This document shows positions 1 to 10,383 of a DNA stretch of 43,756 nt, one piece after another. This stretch comes from Saprolegnia diclina VS20 (taxonomy: Eukaryota), in NCBI RefSeq assembly GCF_000281045.1, contig NW_008246133.1, forward strand, positions 94,885 to 138,640, written 5' to 3'. Under the pieces are notes generated by a model, which worked only from the letters and a program-made list of their open reading frames with translations, had not been told where the DNA came from and did no database searches. Numbering within the stretch: position 1 is the stretch's first letter; every line of letters starts with the position of its first letter. A program made the position numbers and the translations under genes.

Positions 1-195
1 GTGCTTGGCGCGGAGGTGCAGGACTTCGTCGCGCAGTGATGTGCGGCGGCGCTTGGCAGGTCGCGCGCTCTGGCTGAGCATGGCAGGAGCATCAGATGCC
101 GCGCTGTGGAGCGCAGCGACCCATGCATCCAAGTCGTCGGCGTCGGCGTCCGCGGGAACGCACAGCGCCAAGATGTCGTCGTCCACGGCCTCCAT
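1..195 (-). CDS. M96-like (basic/coiled-coil + START-like) protein, 5' part; runs off window start
   Basis: Hand translation from ATG at 195: MEAVDDDILALCVPADADADDLDAWVAALHSAASDAPAMLSQSARPAKRRRTSLRDEVLHLRAKH. Clearly paralogous to MEDVLDADILDVC...KKRQRTSLRDEILHLRAKH of the gene starting at 10089. Confidence 0.75.
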   Translation of the reverse strand, partial: MEAVDDDILALCVPADADADDLDAWVAALHSAASDAPAMLSQSARPAKRRRTSLRDEVLHLRAKH

Positions 196-404
196 CACGC
201 ACGATTCAAAAAATGGGCTGGCCAATCGGCTGCGAGATGTCCATTCTGAATTGCCTAAAAAAGTTCATTGCGGAGATCTAGCCCAAGCGAATGCGACCGG
301 AACCGTACCTAATCGCGGGCCATGATCGCGGGCTTTGCTCTACGACAACACCGGACCCATGCTACAGTGTATTCCACTGACTGGAGCTCATAGTCTTCTA
401 CTAG

Positions 405-840
405 TAGCGGTCAAGCGCCCACGATGCGTGTATGATAGCGAGGACTCGGACCAAGATGAGCCGCTCTCGTTGATTGGCACCCCGGCGCGTACGCCTGCTG
501 CCCCGTTGAGTGATGTGGCGCGACTTGAAGCGGGCATGGACTTGACACCGGCGCTTGTCGATCGATTTCTCAAGTAGGGTTCATAAATTGCCCGTGCAAG
601 CCTTCACTGACGACGCCTATAGCGACCTCCGACGTGACCCTGCAAGTCTGTCGCATTCTTCCTCCCTCGGTGCTCTCATCGCTCCTCGGGTCTGGCGCGT
701 CACTGCCATTGCCGACTACGGACGGGGGCCATCTCGCGGCCGAGATCATCGTGCTGCCCCTCCTTTTTGAGTACCCTATGAACAGAGATGTCGTTCGTAT
801 GCTCCCGATGTTGCATGGGGTTAGGGTCACTGGAGCGCGA
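405..840 (+). pseudogene. Internal fragment of Ulp1/C48-like gene (truncated copy)
   Basis: KRPRCVYDSEDSDQDEP...SDVARLEAGMDLTPALVDRFLK / CRILPPSVLSSLLGSG...AEIIVLPLLFE / HWS match the copies at 1001 and 5509, including intron positions. Homology stops just after HWS, and the N-terminal coiled coil is absent. Confidence 0.7.
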
Positions 841-1000
841 CTAAGCTTAGGGTCTTTGGCCACCTACAAATATCTTGCAGTGCTTGTAGCGATGTCGGTG
901 ACCAGGATTAGCTGCCGCAGCGTGGCTGATATACACCAAGCCGAATTTCCAAACGGGCCAATCACTGTCGAGAAGCAGCTTCGATTTTGTGGCAGCTGTG

Positions 1001-2274
1001 ATGCGAACCCGTGTCAACAGCACGGCGACGGCCGACGACCCGATCGCCGCCCTTGAGGCACGCTTCGAAGCGCAGGCGCGCGCGAACGCTGCAGAGCTTC
1101 AGGGGCTTCGTGCTGCCCTTCGCCCCGTCGCCCCACCCGGCGAGGCGAGCCGGGCCAAGACAGCGCTCGAGCGCGAGAACGCCGAGCTCAAGGCGGAGCT
1201 TGCAGCGCTCAAACGCAAGCATCACGAGCTCCAGACGATGTTTCAAGAGCACCTTCGTGGCGTACAGCTCGCGGCGACAACCATGACTACCAAGGTCCAC
1301 CGCCTATGTGGATTGAACGGCGACGACGAAGCGGCCGCTCCCACCGTACAGGCCATTGCGCCACCTGCGGTCAGCAAGCGTCCGATAGCGACGCGTTCAA
1401 GCAACGGTTCAACGACAGAGCAGGCGACAGCCAAGCGCCCACGACGCCAGCGCAAAAGTGCGGTCGAAGACCCCGGCGATCCACCCTCGGTCTCGCCGCC
1501 TGCCACCACCATGAGCGACGTGGCGCGACTAAGAGCGGGCATGGACTTGACGCCGCAGCTGGCCGATCGTTTTCTCAAGTATATATCCCACGTATGTCTA
1601 GAGACTCAAATGGCTGCAGTAGACAGCTTCGAGGCCGTACGCAGAATGGCATTTGTGGCACGACCAAGCGGGCCTGCCGCATGCTTCCTGCCTCGGTGCT
1701 CTCGTCGCTCATGGGGTCGGGCGACCCACCGCCATCGCCGGCGTCGTACCAGTACCTTCTCGAAGCCGAGATCGTCGTGCTGCCTCTCTTTTATGAGTAC
1801 CCTCGGATACACAATCTCGCCAAGGTCCTATCAAATATGTGTTGGCAATGTAGGAATCACTGGAGCGTCGTCATCGTCTTTGGCCTCCATAAGGCCGCGG
1901 ACCAGCCCGCGGTGATTGTATTCTTCGACACGTTTGATAGTCGGCTCGACGAGGCTGGGGTTCGAACCCACGTGGCCGACTTTCTCATCGCAGTGCATCG
2001 CAGCACCCGCTCTGGAGCCAAGACCACGCTCGAGTTGCACAACGACCATGTCAAGGTGCCATGCCAGGACAACCCGAATGACAGCGGGCTCTGGATGCTG
2101 CGCAACGTGGAGCGAGCGCTCCGCGCCTGCACCGACACGCGCAAGGTCTGCCCGCCTTCGTCGTTCCTGACCAACTTTTGGAACGTGGCGCTCGAACACC
2201 GGATCCGCTTTGACGTCGACGGTGCGCAGGACACGGTCAAAGATACGCGCCGAGCAATGCTCGCGATACTCTGA
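1001..2274 (+). CDS. Coiled-coil + Ulp1/C48 (SUMO-protease)-like domain protein, catalytic Cys replaced by Ser
   Basis: Joins ORFs 989-1915 and 1306-2274 via predicted introns 1579-1622 and 1797-1853 (GT..AG). Motifs IVVLPLFYE-NHWSVVIV, FFDTFDS and VPCQDNPNDSGLWML follow the Ulp1 H/D/Q/C order (HW..., DS, QxNxxDCG). Confidence 0.65.
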
Positions 2275-2744
2275 CACTGTGGATCTGCTTCGATGAGTGA
2301 CAATAATGATCCTGATGTTCGTCGTTTCGCGTTGCATCGCCCGACAGGATGCTATCGTAAGCAGCTTATATCGAGTCGACACGGCCATAGGCCGCTAGGG
2401 CAAGTGCACCTTGTCGATTATCAAAAATAAAATTTTGTGAAAAGCCTTGTTTCTGGTGTCATCGAATCGGCACATTCTCGGGTATTGGAATGTAGAATTA
2501 CTTGTACAGCATCCATGGGCTACTATCGAACGACACACACTTGGACACCACGTCGATCGTACCCCCTTTACTGATTGATGCCTTGCGTGAGCAGTCGGAG
2601 GTAGCACAGTTGGAAGTCGCAGACATGGCCCGCCAGCGATATTTTCAAATGGACCAATTAGCGACGAGAAGTCGACCAAAGATCTCTGATGTTGGCGCTC
2701 GAAACATACCTGGAAGCTGCAAGAGCGGCGCGCTGCATTTCGCG

Positions 2745-3039
2745 CCACCGCCCAATGAGACGAGCCGTGCCAAAACAGCGCTTGAGCGCAAGCGTCGTGA
2801 GCTCCAGACGAGCGTCCAGCACGCGACAGCAACCAAGGCAACCGCCAATGAGACGTGAACAGCAACGACAAAGTAGCCGTGTCCGATGTCCAGGCACTGA
2901 TCCGCCTGTAGTCGGCGAGCCTTCTACAGCGCCGGACCATTGGCTACGAGACGGAGTCCAATACCCATCCAACTGGATTGTCCAAGACATACAACGCCAA
3001 GCCATGATAGCGACCCTTCGACGATTCAAAGCTACATGA
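2745..3039 (+). pseudogene. Internally deleted remnant of the Ulp1-like gene
   Basis: PPNETSRAKTALERKRRELQT matches PPGEASRAKTALER...KHHELQT, and CPGTDPPVV resembles DPGDPPSV. DGVQYPSNWIVQDIQRQAMIATLRR* resembles the C-termini DGAQDTVKDTRRAMLAIL* and HGVDYAGDSIYNRRKAMIVISLR. The catalytic core is absent. Confidence 0.5.
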
Positions 3040-3459
3040 CTACACTAGTACTCGTATGAAAGAAGACAATCGTCCCAAGGTTATTCCTTGCTCGATGTGT
3101 TGTGATTTGAAAAAAGGTCGATTTTTCAAGGGAAAATGACGGGTGACGCGCCTACAGATAGGTGGTACTATGATGGTGTCCTGGCATCGGTACCCACGCA
3201 GAATCTTCAAGCTTTCTTGGTCGTCTGTCTGGACGATCCGCGTTGAACCATGACCAGATTCAGATGCATGTACAGAGCGTTCGTTGAGGCGAGCACTCTT
3301 TACTCGTAGTGTCTTCTCAGCACACATGGTAGGTCTTCCGGCGCCACTGTCGCGCCTCATGGTATATGCAAAGAACCACTTGTAATAGCAATATTGTCTT
3401 CCAAGAAGCAAGTCCTTGATCAGTGGTCCTTGATACGATCATGTGCTGGCGTTATCGCA

Positions 3460-3545
3460 CAGGAATGCATGTCGTACAGGTCATCGTTTGATTGGCCGTT
3501 GAGAATTATTGTCCTCTGATTGGTCCGTGAAAAATCTCGAAGCTG
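3460..3545 (+). promoter_or_regulatory. Conserved upstream region with reverse CCAAT boxes (GATTGG), shared with 7247-7305
   Basis: caggaatgcatgtcgt...ctgattggtccgtgaaaaa versus caggaatgcgtgtcgt...ctgattggcccgtgaaaaa, upstream of the paralogous M96-like genes. CCAAT boxes are known oomycete promoter elements. Confidence 0.45.
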
Positions 3546-3577
3546 ACGATCACAACCAAAAAGAGCCCGCGACGAGC

Positions 3578-4811
3578 ATGACCCAGATGACCACCAGCAT
3601 TGCGTACGGCGACGACATCTTCTGCCAGGACATTGCAGTTCTCGTGCCCACGGTGACGTCGGGCGAGGCTAGCCCCAACTCGCCGTCGTCCGAGTCGTCG
3701 GGCTCTGAGACCAAGAAGCGCCGCCGGCCCACGATCCTCGACGAGCTCAAGTACCTCCGCGCCAAGCACGACGAGCTCTCGACACAGCTCGAGCAGCTCC
3801 GAGCGATCACAAGCATTGTGCCAATCGAATCCGAGTGGGCCAGCCGTGCAGCCACGCAGGCGCAAGCGGCGCAGCAAGCACTGTACGAGAACGCCCAGCT
3901 CCAAGGTCTCCTCGACGACCAGATGAAGCTGCTCGCGACGCTCCAACGTGCGTTCACGCGCCGCCCCAAGCTGTGCGCGTACTCGGCCATGGCGTCGTGG
4001 AAGCGCGCGTGCTTGGGCCTGACCGACCGACGCGCGACGCTGACCCGTGTCCTCGATGACCACTACGACAAGCTCAGCACCGAATACGTTCGCCACGACC
4101 TGCACACGCACGAAGCAAGTCGCGAGCGCTACACGCATATTCAACTGGACGAGAGCGCGGACGGCGACGAGGCGTCGTTGGCACTGCACTCGACGGTCTG
4201 CCACTCGTGGCCCGTGCCGTATACGACGCTCGCAGAGCTCTTGTGGAACATGATCACGACGCCGATGCCGGAGGTGAATGGCCTCTCTAACACAGTAAGT
4301 CTGTAGCTTCTACGACCGGTAGAGCCTTTGTATCATGCATGTTGACGTAGCTCAACGAGTCGTTTGGGACGGAGATGACGTACGCGCACCATGTTGCGAC
4401 GACGTTTCCGGCGCACTTTCCACCGATTCAAAGTCGGATCGCTGCACGCAAGTACGTCGAAGCGTCGCGGGTCGTCCTTGTGTGGCGCTCGATCCTCGAA
4501 GACGCTTTGACGCCGTGGAACCCGCAGCAGCTCGTCGGCAACGAAGCCACTTGGTATAGTGCAACAATGATCCCACGGATAGAAAAAACATCATTGTACT
4601 GCGTAGGATGGTCGTGAGTGACCAAGGCGACGGCACGTGTCGGTTGCTGACGCACGCGCAGATGCGGCCGCCGATACTGCCGCCCAATGCGACGGACGAC
4701 AGCCTCTCGTTGCCACCAGGAGTCTTTGCCGAGTGCTTTCTGGGGCATTTCCAAGTAGGCGCCAATATGTTTGAGGCGCTCATCCAGAGCAAGCTCGCCG
4801 CCGCCCCGTAG
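3578..4811 (+). CDS. M96-like protein (basic/leucine-zipper-like N-terminus + START-like C-terminus), 3 exons
   Basis: Exons ~3578-4294, 4351-4553, 4607-4811 with GT..AG introns keep the frame. Motifs KKRRRPTILDELKYLRAKHDELSTQLEQL, W..RA..QA, EN..L and RVVLVWRSILED resemble the oomycete M96 mating-specific family. Confidence 0.75.
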
Positions 4812-4816
4812 CGATA

Positions 4817-5355
4817 TCACCTGCCATGGCTCTCTAGTAATGTATTCAAGTGGTGCAACCCGCGGCGAATCCACTCGGTCTCGAGCTTGTCGTACTGGAG
4901 CTGCGTTAGCCGCAGCATGTCTTCGCGGCGACCACTGGGGCCGAGCTTCGCCAGCTTCCAGGATGCGACGCAAGGAAAGTTGCACGCTGTTGACTTCCGG
5001 GCAAACGCGCGTTCGAGAGTCGCGACAAGGCGGAGCTGTTCGCGTAGAAGCTCTTGGAGGCGGGCGTGTTCATGCATTGCGTGCTGCGCCGCAACGGCTT
5101 GGCGCTGCGCCCGCGCGGCCCACGCCGACGCCGTGGGCGTGAGAGCGCGCTGGGACTGGAGCACTTGCAGCTGCGCCTCAAGGTCATCACGCTTGGCACG
5201 GAGGCGCTCGATCTCTTTCCGAAGCGATAGGCCGCGCTGGCGCTTCTTGGGCAGTGTAGCATCCTGGGCGATAGCAGTTGCTTCGCCCGTGAGCGGCGCG
5301 AGGCAGTCGTCAAACTACATGTCGTCGTCGGAGGCGGCCGTCTGCTCATCTACAT
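4817..5355 (-). pseudogene. Truncated M96-like pseudogene; inverted near-copy of the 5' half of 10384-11572
   Basis: Near-identical to ~10400-10880. In-frame TAG (plus-strand cta 5315-5317) where the paralog has TAC. Truncated after WIRRGLH. Confidence 0.75.
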
Positions 5356-5508
5356 GGCGGCGACAGGCAGCTGCTTGGGAGGGACTGCAAGTTGCTTGTC
5401 GGTGATTGGCCAGTCAAAATGGGTAAGTAGCTGACCAATTACCGACAAGAAAACTACCAAGCATCTTCGATTTTTGCGCCTGCCATAGTTCGAGCTTGGG
5501 TCAGCCCG

Positions 5509-6935
5509 ATGACCGACGACCCGATGGCCGCGCTTGAAGCGCGATTCGAGGCGCGGGCGCAAGGGACCGCCGCAGAGCTACTGGAGCTTCGCACTGCCCT
5601 TCGCGCCGCCGCGCAGCCCGACGAGGCGAGCCGGGCCAAGGCAGCGCTCGAGCACGAAAACGCCGAGCACAGGCCAAGCTCGCAGCACTCGGACACGAGA
5701 ACGCCGAGCTCACGGCAAAGCTGACAGCGCTCAGCAGCAAGCATGGCGAGCTCGAGACGTTGTTTGAAGAGCACCTTCGCGACGTTCAGCACGCGTCGAC
5801 GACCATGACCGCCAAGTTCAACCGCCTCCGTGGCGTCAACGTCGACGACAACGACGACTCGCCGCAAGCCACCACCCCTGCGCCGGAGAGAAACGCCATG
5901 GCTCCGCCCGCGGATGGTCAACCTGCGGGCGCGGGTCGTGTGCCCAAGCCGGCTGCCTCAAACAGTCCAACCGAGGCGCCACCTGCGCTGATGCATACGA
6001 GCCAGAGACCTACCACAAAGCATGCGTCGGCCAAGCGCCCACGATACCAGTACGATAGCGATGGCTCAGACCAAGACGAGCCGTCTTCGGCGAATGCCAC
6101 GCCCACGCTGCCTGCCGCCTCAATGAGCGACGTCGCGCGACTTAAAGCGGGCATGGACCTGGCACCGGCGCTCGTCGATCACTATCTCGAGTACACTCCT
6201 CGTGTGTGTGGTTCAACGACTGAGACTGTTGTCGTAGGCTCCTCCAAGGACATACGCACAATGGCATTTGCGACGAGACCAAGCGGGCATGCCGCATGCT
6301 TCCTGCCTCGGTGCTCTCGTCGCTCATGGGGTCGGGCGACCCACAGCCATCGCCGGCGACGTACCAGCACCTTCTCGACGCCGAGATCATCGTGCTGCCT
6401 CTCTTTTATGAGTACCCTCGGATACATCTCTCCAAGGTCCTCACGCTGTTGTCTTGGGGTTAGGGATCACTGGAGCGTGACTATGGTCTTTGGCCTTCAT
6501 GCCACCGCGAATCAGCCTCCGGTGATTGTGTTCGTCGACACGTTTGACAGTCCGCACCGCGAGGCTGCGGTTCGAACCCACGTGGCCGACTTTCTCATCG
6601 CGATGCATCGCGCCAGCCGTATGGACGAGACGGCCACGCTCGCGTTGCACAACGCCTATGTCAAGGCGCCGTTTCACGACAACCCGAATGACAGCGGGCT
6701 CTGGATGCTGCGCAATGTGGAGCGAGCGCTGGGCGCCTGCACCAACACGCGCAAGATCTGCCCTTCGGTGTTTGCGACCAACTATAACAACGTGACGCTC
6801 AAGCATCATGTCCGCAAAGATGTCCAACGCGTGCAATACTCGTTCCACGACGCTCATGGTGTCGACTACGCGGGAGACTCGATCTACAACCGACGCAAGG
6901 CGATGATCGTCATTAGCCTAAGATTAACCCGGTGA
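5509..6935 (+). pseudogene. Ulp1/C48-like Cys->Ser paralog with apparent 1-nt frameshift near 5668 (pseudogene or sequencing error)
   Basis: MTDDPMAALEARFEARA... continues in another frame as AKLAALGHENAELTAKL...LFEEHLRDVQ. Introns 6191-6237 and 6412-6463 sit at the same positions as in the 1001 copy. Motifs DHWSVTMV, FVDTFDS, FHDNPNDSGLWML. Confidence 0.6.
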
Positions 6936-7370
6936 CCAAGATCTTTTGTCTTTTCGAGTTGATTCGCCAGGAAGCGGTGGCGAAGCTGCAGCACTACGCC
7001 ATAGCCTTTCGTAGGGCGATCCACCACCCATCGCTAGCGCAGACCACTGGAAACATCGCTGCGAGATATGGGTGTGCTGCCGACAATGAGCCAAGCTGGT
7101 TCAATGACGCTGGCTGGCTGCGTGCTTCTCCGGGTGAGTGCATCGAATGTGTATAAATGACCAACTTGTACATCTTGAAGACCAAACCAACTGGACGAGT
7201 CCACCAAGTACACTTCACTCGAGGCTGAAAGACATTCACTCCTGTGCAGGAATGCGTGTCGTTTAGGTTTTCTGTCGTCTGATTGGCCCGTGAAAAAATT
7301 GAAGACAGGTGCGGATCACTGCTGAACAGGTCCTCAACGCGAGCCTCTGCCGAGCAGAGCAACCGAAGCG

Positions 7371-7783
7371 ATGGCCAGCATCGCGTACGACGACGACATC
7401 TTCTGCCAGGACATTGCAGTTCTCGTGCCCACGGTGACGTCGGGCGAGGCTAGCCCCGACTCGCTGGCGTCCTTGTCGTCGGGCGCGGAGACCAAGAAGC
7501 GTCGTCGACCCACCGTCCTCGACGAGCTCAAGTACCTCCGCGCCAAGCACGACGAGCTATCCACGCAGCTCGAGCAGCTCCGAGCGATCACGAGCATTGT
7601 GCCCATCGAGTCCGAATGGGCCAGCCGGGCGGCCACGCAGGCGCAAGCGGCGCAGCAAGCATTGCATGAAAATGGGCAGCTCCAAGGCCTCCTCGACGAC
7701 CAGATGAAGCTGCTCGCGACGCTCCAACGTGCGTTCACGCGCCGCCCCAAGCTGTGCGCGTACTCGGCCATGGCGTCGTGGAA
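7371..7783 (+). CDS. M96-like protein, near-identical paralog of 3578-4811; 3' part lies in assembly gap
   Basis: MASIAYDDDIFCQDIAVLVPTVTSGEASP...KKRRRPTVLDELKYLRAKH almost identical to the 3578 gene. The 845-nt gap is about the size of the missing ~810 nt. Confidence 0.75.
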
Positions 7784-8628
7784 NNNNNNNNNNNNNNNNN
7801 NNNNNNNNNNNNNNNNNNNNNNNNNNNNNNNNNNNNNNNNNNNNNNNNNNNNNNNNNNNNNNNNNNNNNNNNNNNNNNNNNNNNNNNNNNNNNNNNNNNN
7901 NNNNNNNNNNNNNNNNNNNNNNNNNNNNNNNNNNNNNNNNNNNNNNNNNNNNNNNNNNNNNNNNNNNNNNNNNNNNNNNNNNNNNNNNNNNNNNNNNNNN
8001 NNNNNNNNNNNNNNNNNNNNNNNNNNNNNNNNNNNNNNNNNNNNNNNNNNNNNNNNNNNNNNNNNNNNNNNNNNNNNNNNNNNNNNNNNNNNNNNNNNNN
8101 NNNNNNNNNNNNNNNNNNNNNNNNNNNNNNNNNNNNNNNNNNNNNNNNNNNNNNNNNNNNNNNNNNNNNNNNNNNNNNNNNNNNNNNNNNNNNNNNNNNN
8201 NNNNNNNNNNNNNNNNNNNNNNNNNNNNNNNNNNNNNNNNNNNNNNNNNNNNNNNNNNNNNNNNNNNNNNNNNNNNNNNNNNNNNNNNNNNNNNNNNNNN
8301 NNNNNNNNNNNNNNNNNNNNNNNNNNNNNNNNNNNNNNNNNNNNNNNNNNNNNNNNNNNNNNNNNNNNNNNNNNNNNNNNNNNNNNNNNNNNNNNNNNNN
8401 NNNNNNNNNNNNNNNNNNNNNNNNNNNNNNNNNNNNNNNNNNNNNNNNNNNNNNNNNNNNNNNNNNNNNNNNNNNNNNNNNNNNNNNNNNNNNNNNNNNN
8501 NNNNNNNNNNNNNNNNNNNNNNNNNNNNNNNNNNNNNNNNNNNNNNNNNNNNNNNNNNNNNNNNNNNNNNNNNNNNNNNNNNNNNNNNNNNNNNNNNNNN
8601 NNNNNNNNNNNNNNNNNNNNNNNNNNNN
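7784..8628. other. Assembly gap (N run)
   Basis: Run of n. Confidence 0.99.
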
Positions 8629-8894
8629 GTGCACAGATCGAGTGTTGAGCTCTTGCTCGCTAAAGTAGGTATTGCAAATGTGATTTGAGCTACTAGGTGT
8701 AGGGTTCTAGTCTCTCCAGCATATTTTCCGGTGGTGTCATAACACGTAGCGATACTATCGTCGGCGAGTAGAGAAGACTGTCCACATCACCCGGCGGGCT
8801 TGAGATCCGCACTGGCGTCGCGTGATGGCAGCATGCAAATATTGTCGGACCGACACATGACAATATTATCCAGGTTCGTTGCGACAAGGCGTCT

Positions 8895-10089
8895 TTACTG
8901 CGCATCGTCGAGAACGCTCTGCACCATGTCGTGCAGTGAGACGCCGCACTTTTCCACGAGCTGCAGCACGCAGTCCGTGTACATGCCAGGCGAAAAGTCG
9001 GTGATCGTGCTGTCAGGTGACACCATCGGGGGCGTAAACCGAGCGTACGACGTCAGTCGCGTCGTCGCGTCGTCGACGCGCTGGACGACAATCCTAGAGG
9101 CACAATTTCAGATACCAGAGGTCCACATCTGGCAACACCGCGTACCAGCCACATTGGTTGTCGACAAAGTGAGACGGGTCGGTCGGGTACAGCGCATCGT
9201 CCAGAATGGAGCGCGTCACAAAGACGACGCGGTCGGCTTCGACAAAGCGCCCGGCGAGGAGGCGGCCATCGACCAGCGGCAGCGACGGCCCGAGGATCCG
9301 CGCAGCAAAGCGAAAGTACGTCGTGTTGTCGTCGTCCACCTCGGCCTCGCTCGTCACGTAGATCTGCGGCTCGCGGGTCAGCTGCCGCGTCAGGAGACCC
9401 CACACGACACCGGCGACCGCGTCGACGTCCAAGCTCCAGCTGTGGCACTCCACAAAGTGTACGTACAAGGCGTCGCCCACCGACTGCGCGTAGTGCGTCT
9501 GCACGCTGTCGCAGCGCGCGTGGTACTCGTCAAGGCGATGGCGAATCCACTCGGTCTCGAGCTGCGTGCGTTGGTGCTGGAGCAGCTTGGCCTTGGCCTC
9601 GCGCCGACCGGTGGTGCCAAGCGACGCCATCTTCCAGGGCGCAACACACGGAAAGTCGCAGAGCTTTGGCTTGCGAGCAAAGGCGCGCTGAAGCGTCGCA
9701 ATCGTCCTGAGCTGGTCGCGGAGGAGCTCTTGGAGACGGGCGTTTTCATGCAGCGTCTCCTGGGCAGCGACCGCCTGATTCTTGGCCCGACCCGCCCAGA
9801 AGGACGGCGACGACGCTGTGGATACGGCCGCGCTTTTGGCCACGAGCGCATCGAGCTGCGCAGTCAGCGCGTCGTGCTTGGCGCGAAGGTGCAGGATCTC
9901 GTCCCGTAGCGACGTCCGCTGCCGCTTCTTGGTTCGTGGCGCCGGCGCGTCGTGGTCGGGCGACGACGCATCGGTCGTCGTCTCATTGGCGTCACCGGTC
10001 TGCAGCGTGCGCAGTACGTCGTTGAAGAAGCTATCGTCGTCGTTGGCCAAGCACACGTCCAAGATGTCGGCGTCGAGCACGTCCTCCAT
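8895..10089 (-). CDS. M96-like protein (basic/coiled-coil + START-like), intact, with intron ~9094-9145
   Basis: MEDVLDADILDVC...KKRQRTSLRDEILHLRAKH...RVVFVTRSILDDALYP...NQCGW | intron | IVQRVDDATTRLTSYARFTPP...LDDAQ*. Intron falls in the same Trp codon as in the 3578 and 10384 genes. Confidence 0.75.
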
Positions 10090-10383
10090 GTTCGCTTGCG
10101 CAACTCGGAATGGCAACGTGAATGCCGACCAATCCGGTGCGAGCTTGTCGGGAGGAATTCTCTTAAATGAGTTGTCGATCGTGCCGACAGCGCGATGGGT
10201 ACGAGGAGAGATCAATGCAGCCACCACCAGCCTACTGGTAGCATCAAAGCCTGAGGTGCGTGCTTTGGACCATCGCGCCGTCAGCCTGCTCCTCCAGTGT
10301 TGACAATTAATGTACTTTTTAAGCGAATTGATGCTGATCTGTGGATCACATTTCCCATTTTGAACAAGCAACCCGTCATCGCC

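Noticed and set aside
1001..6935. Ulp1-like genes as cargo of a Mutator-like transposon
   Set aside because: Ulp1 domains are known in some MULEs, but I saw no transposase, terminal inverted repeats or TSDs here, so no mobile element was called.
7729..8688. Long ORFs spanning N runs (also 33397-34230 and 41873-42881)
   Set aside because: Artefacts of translating assembly gaps.
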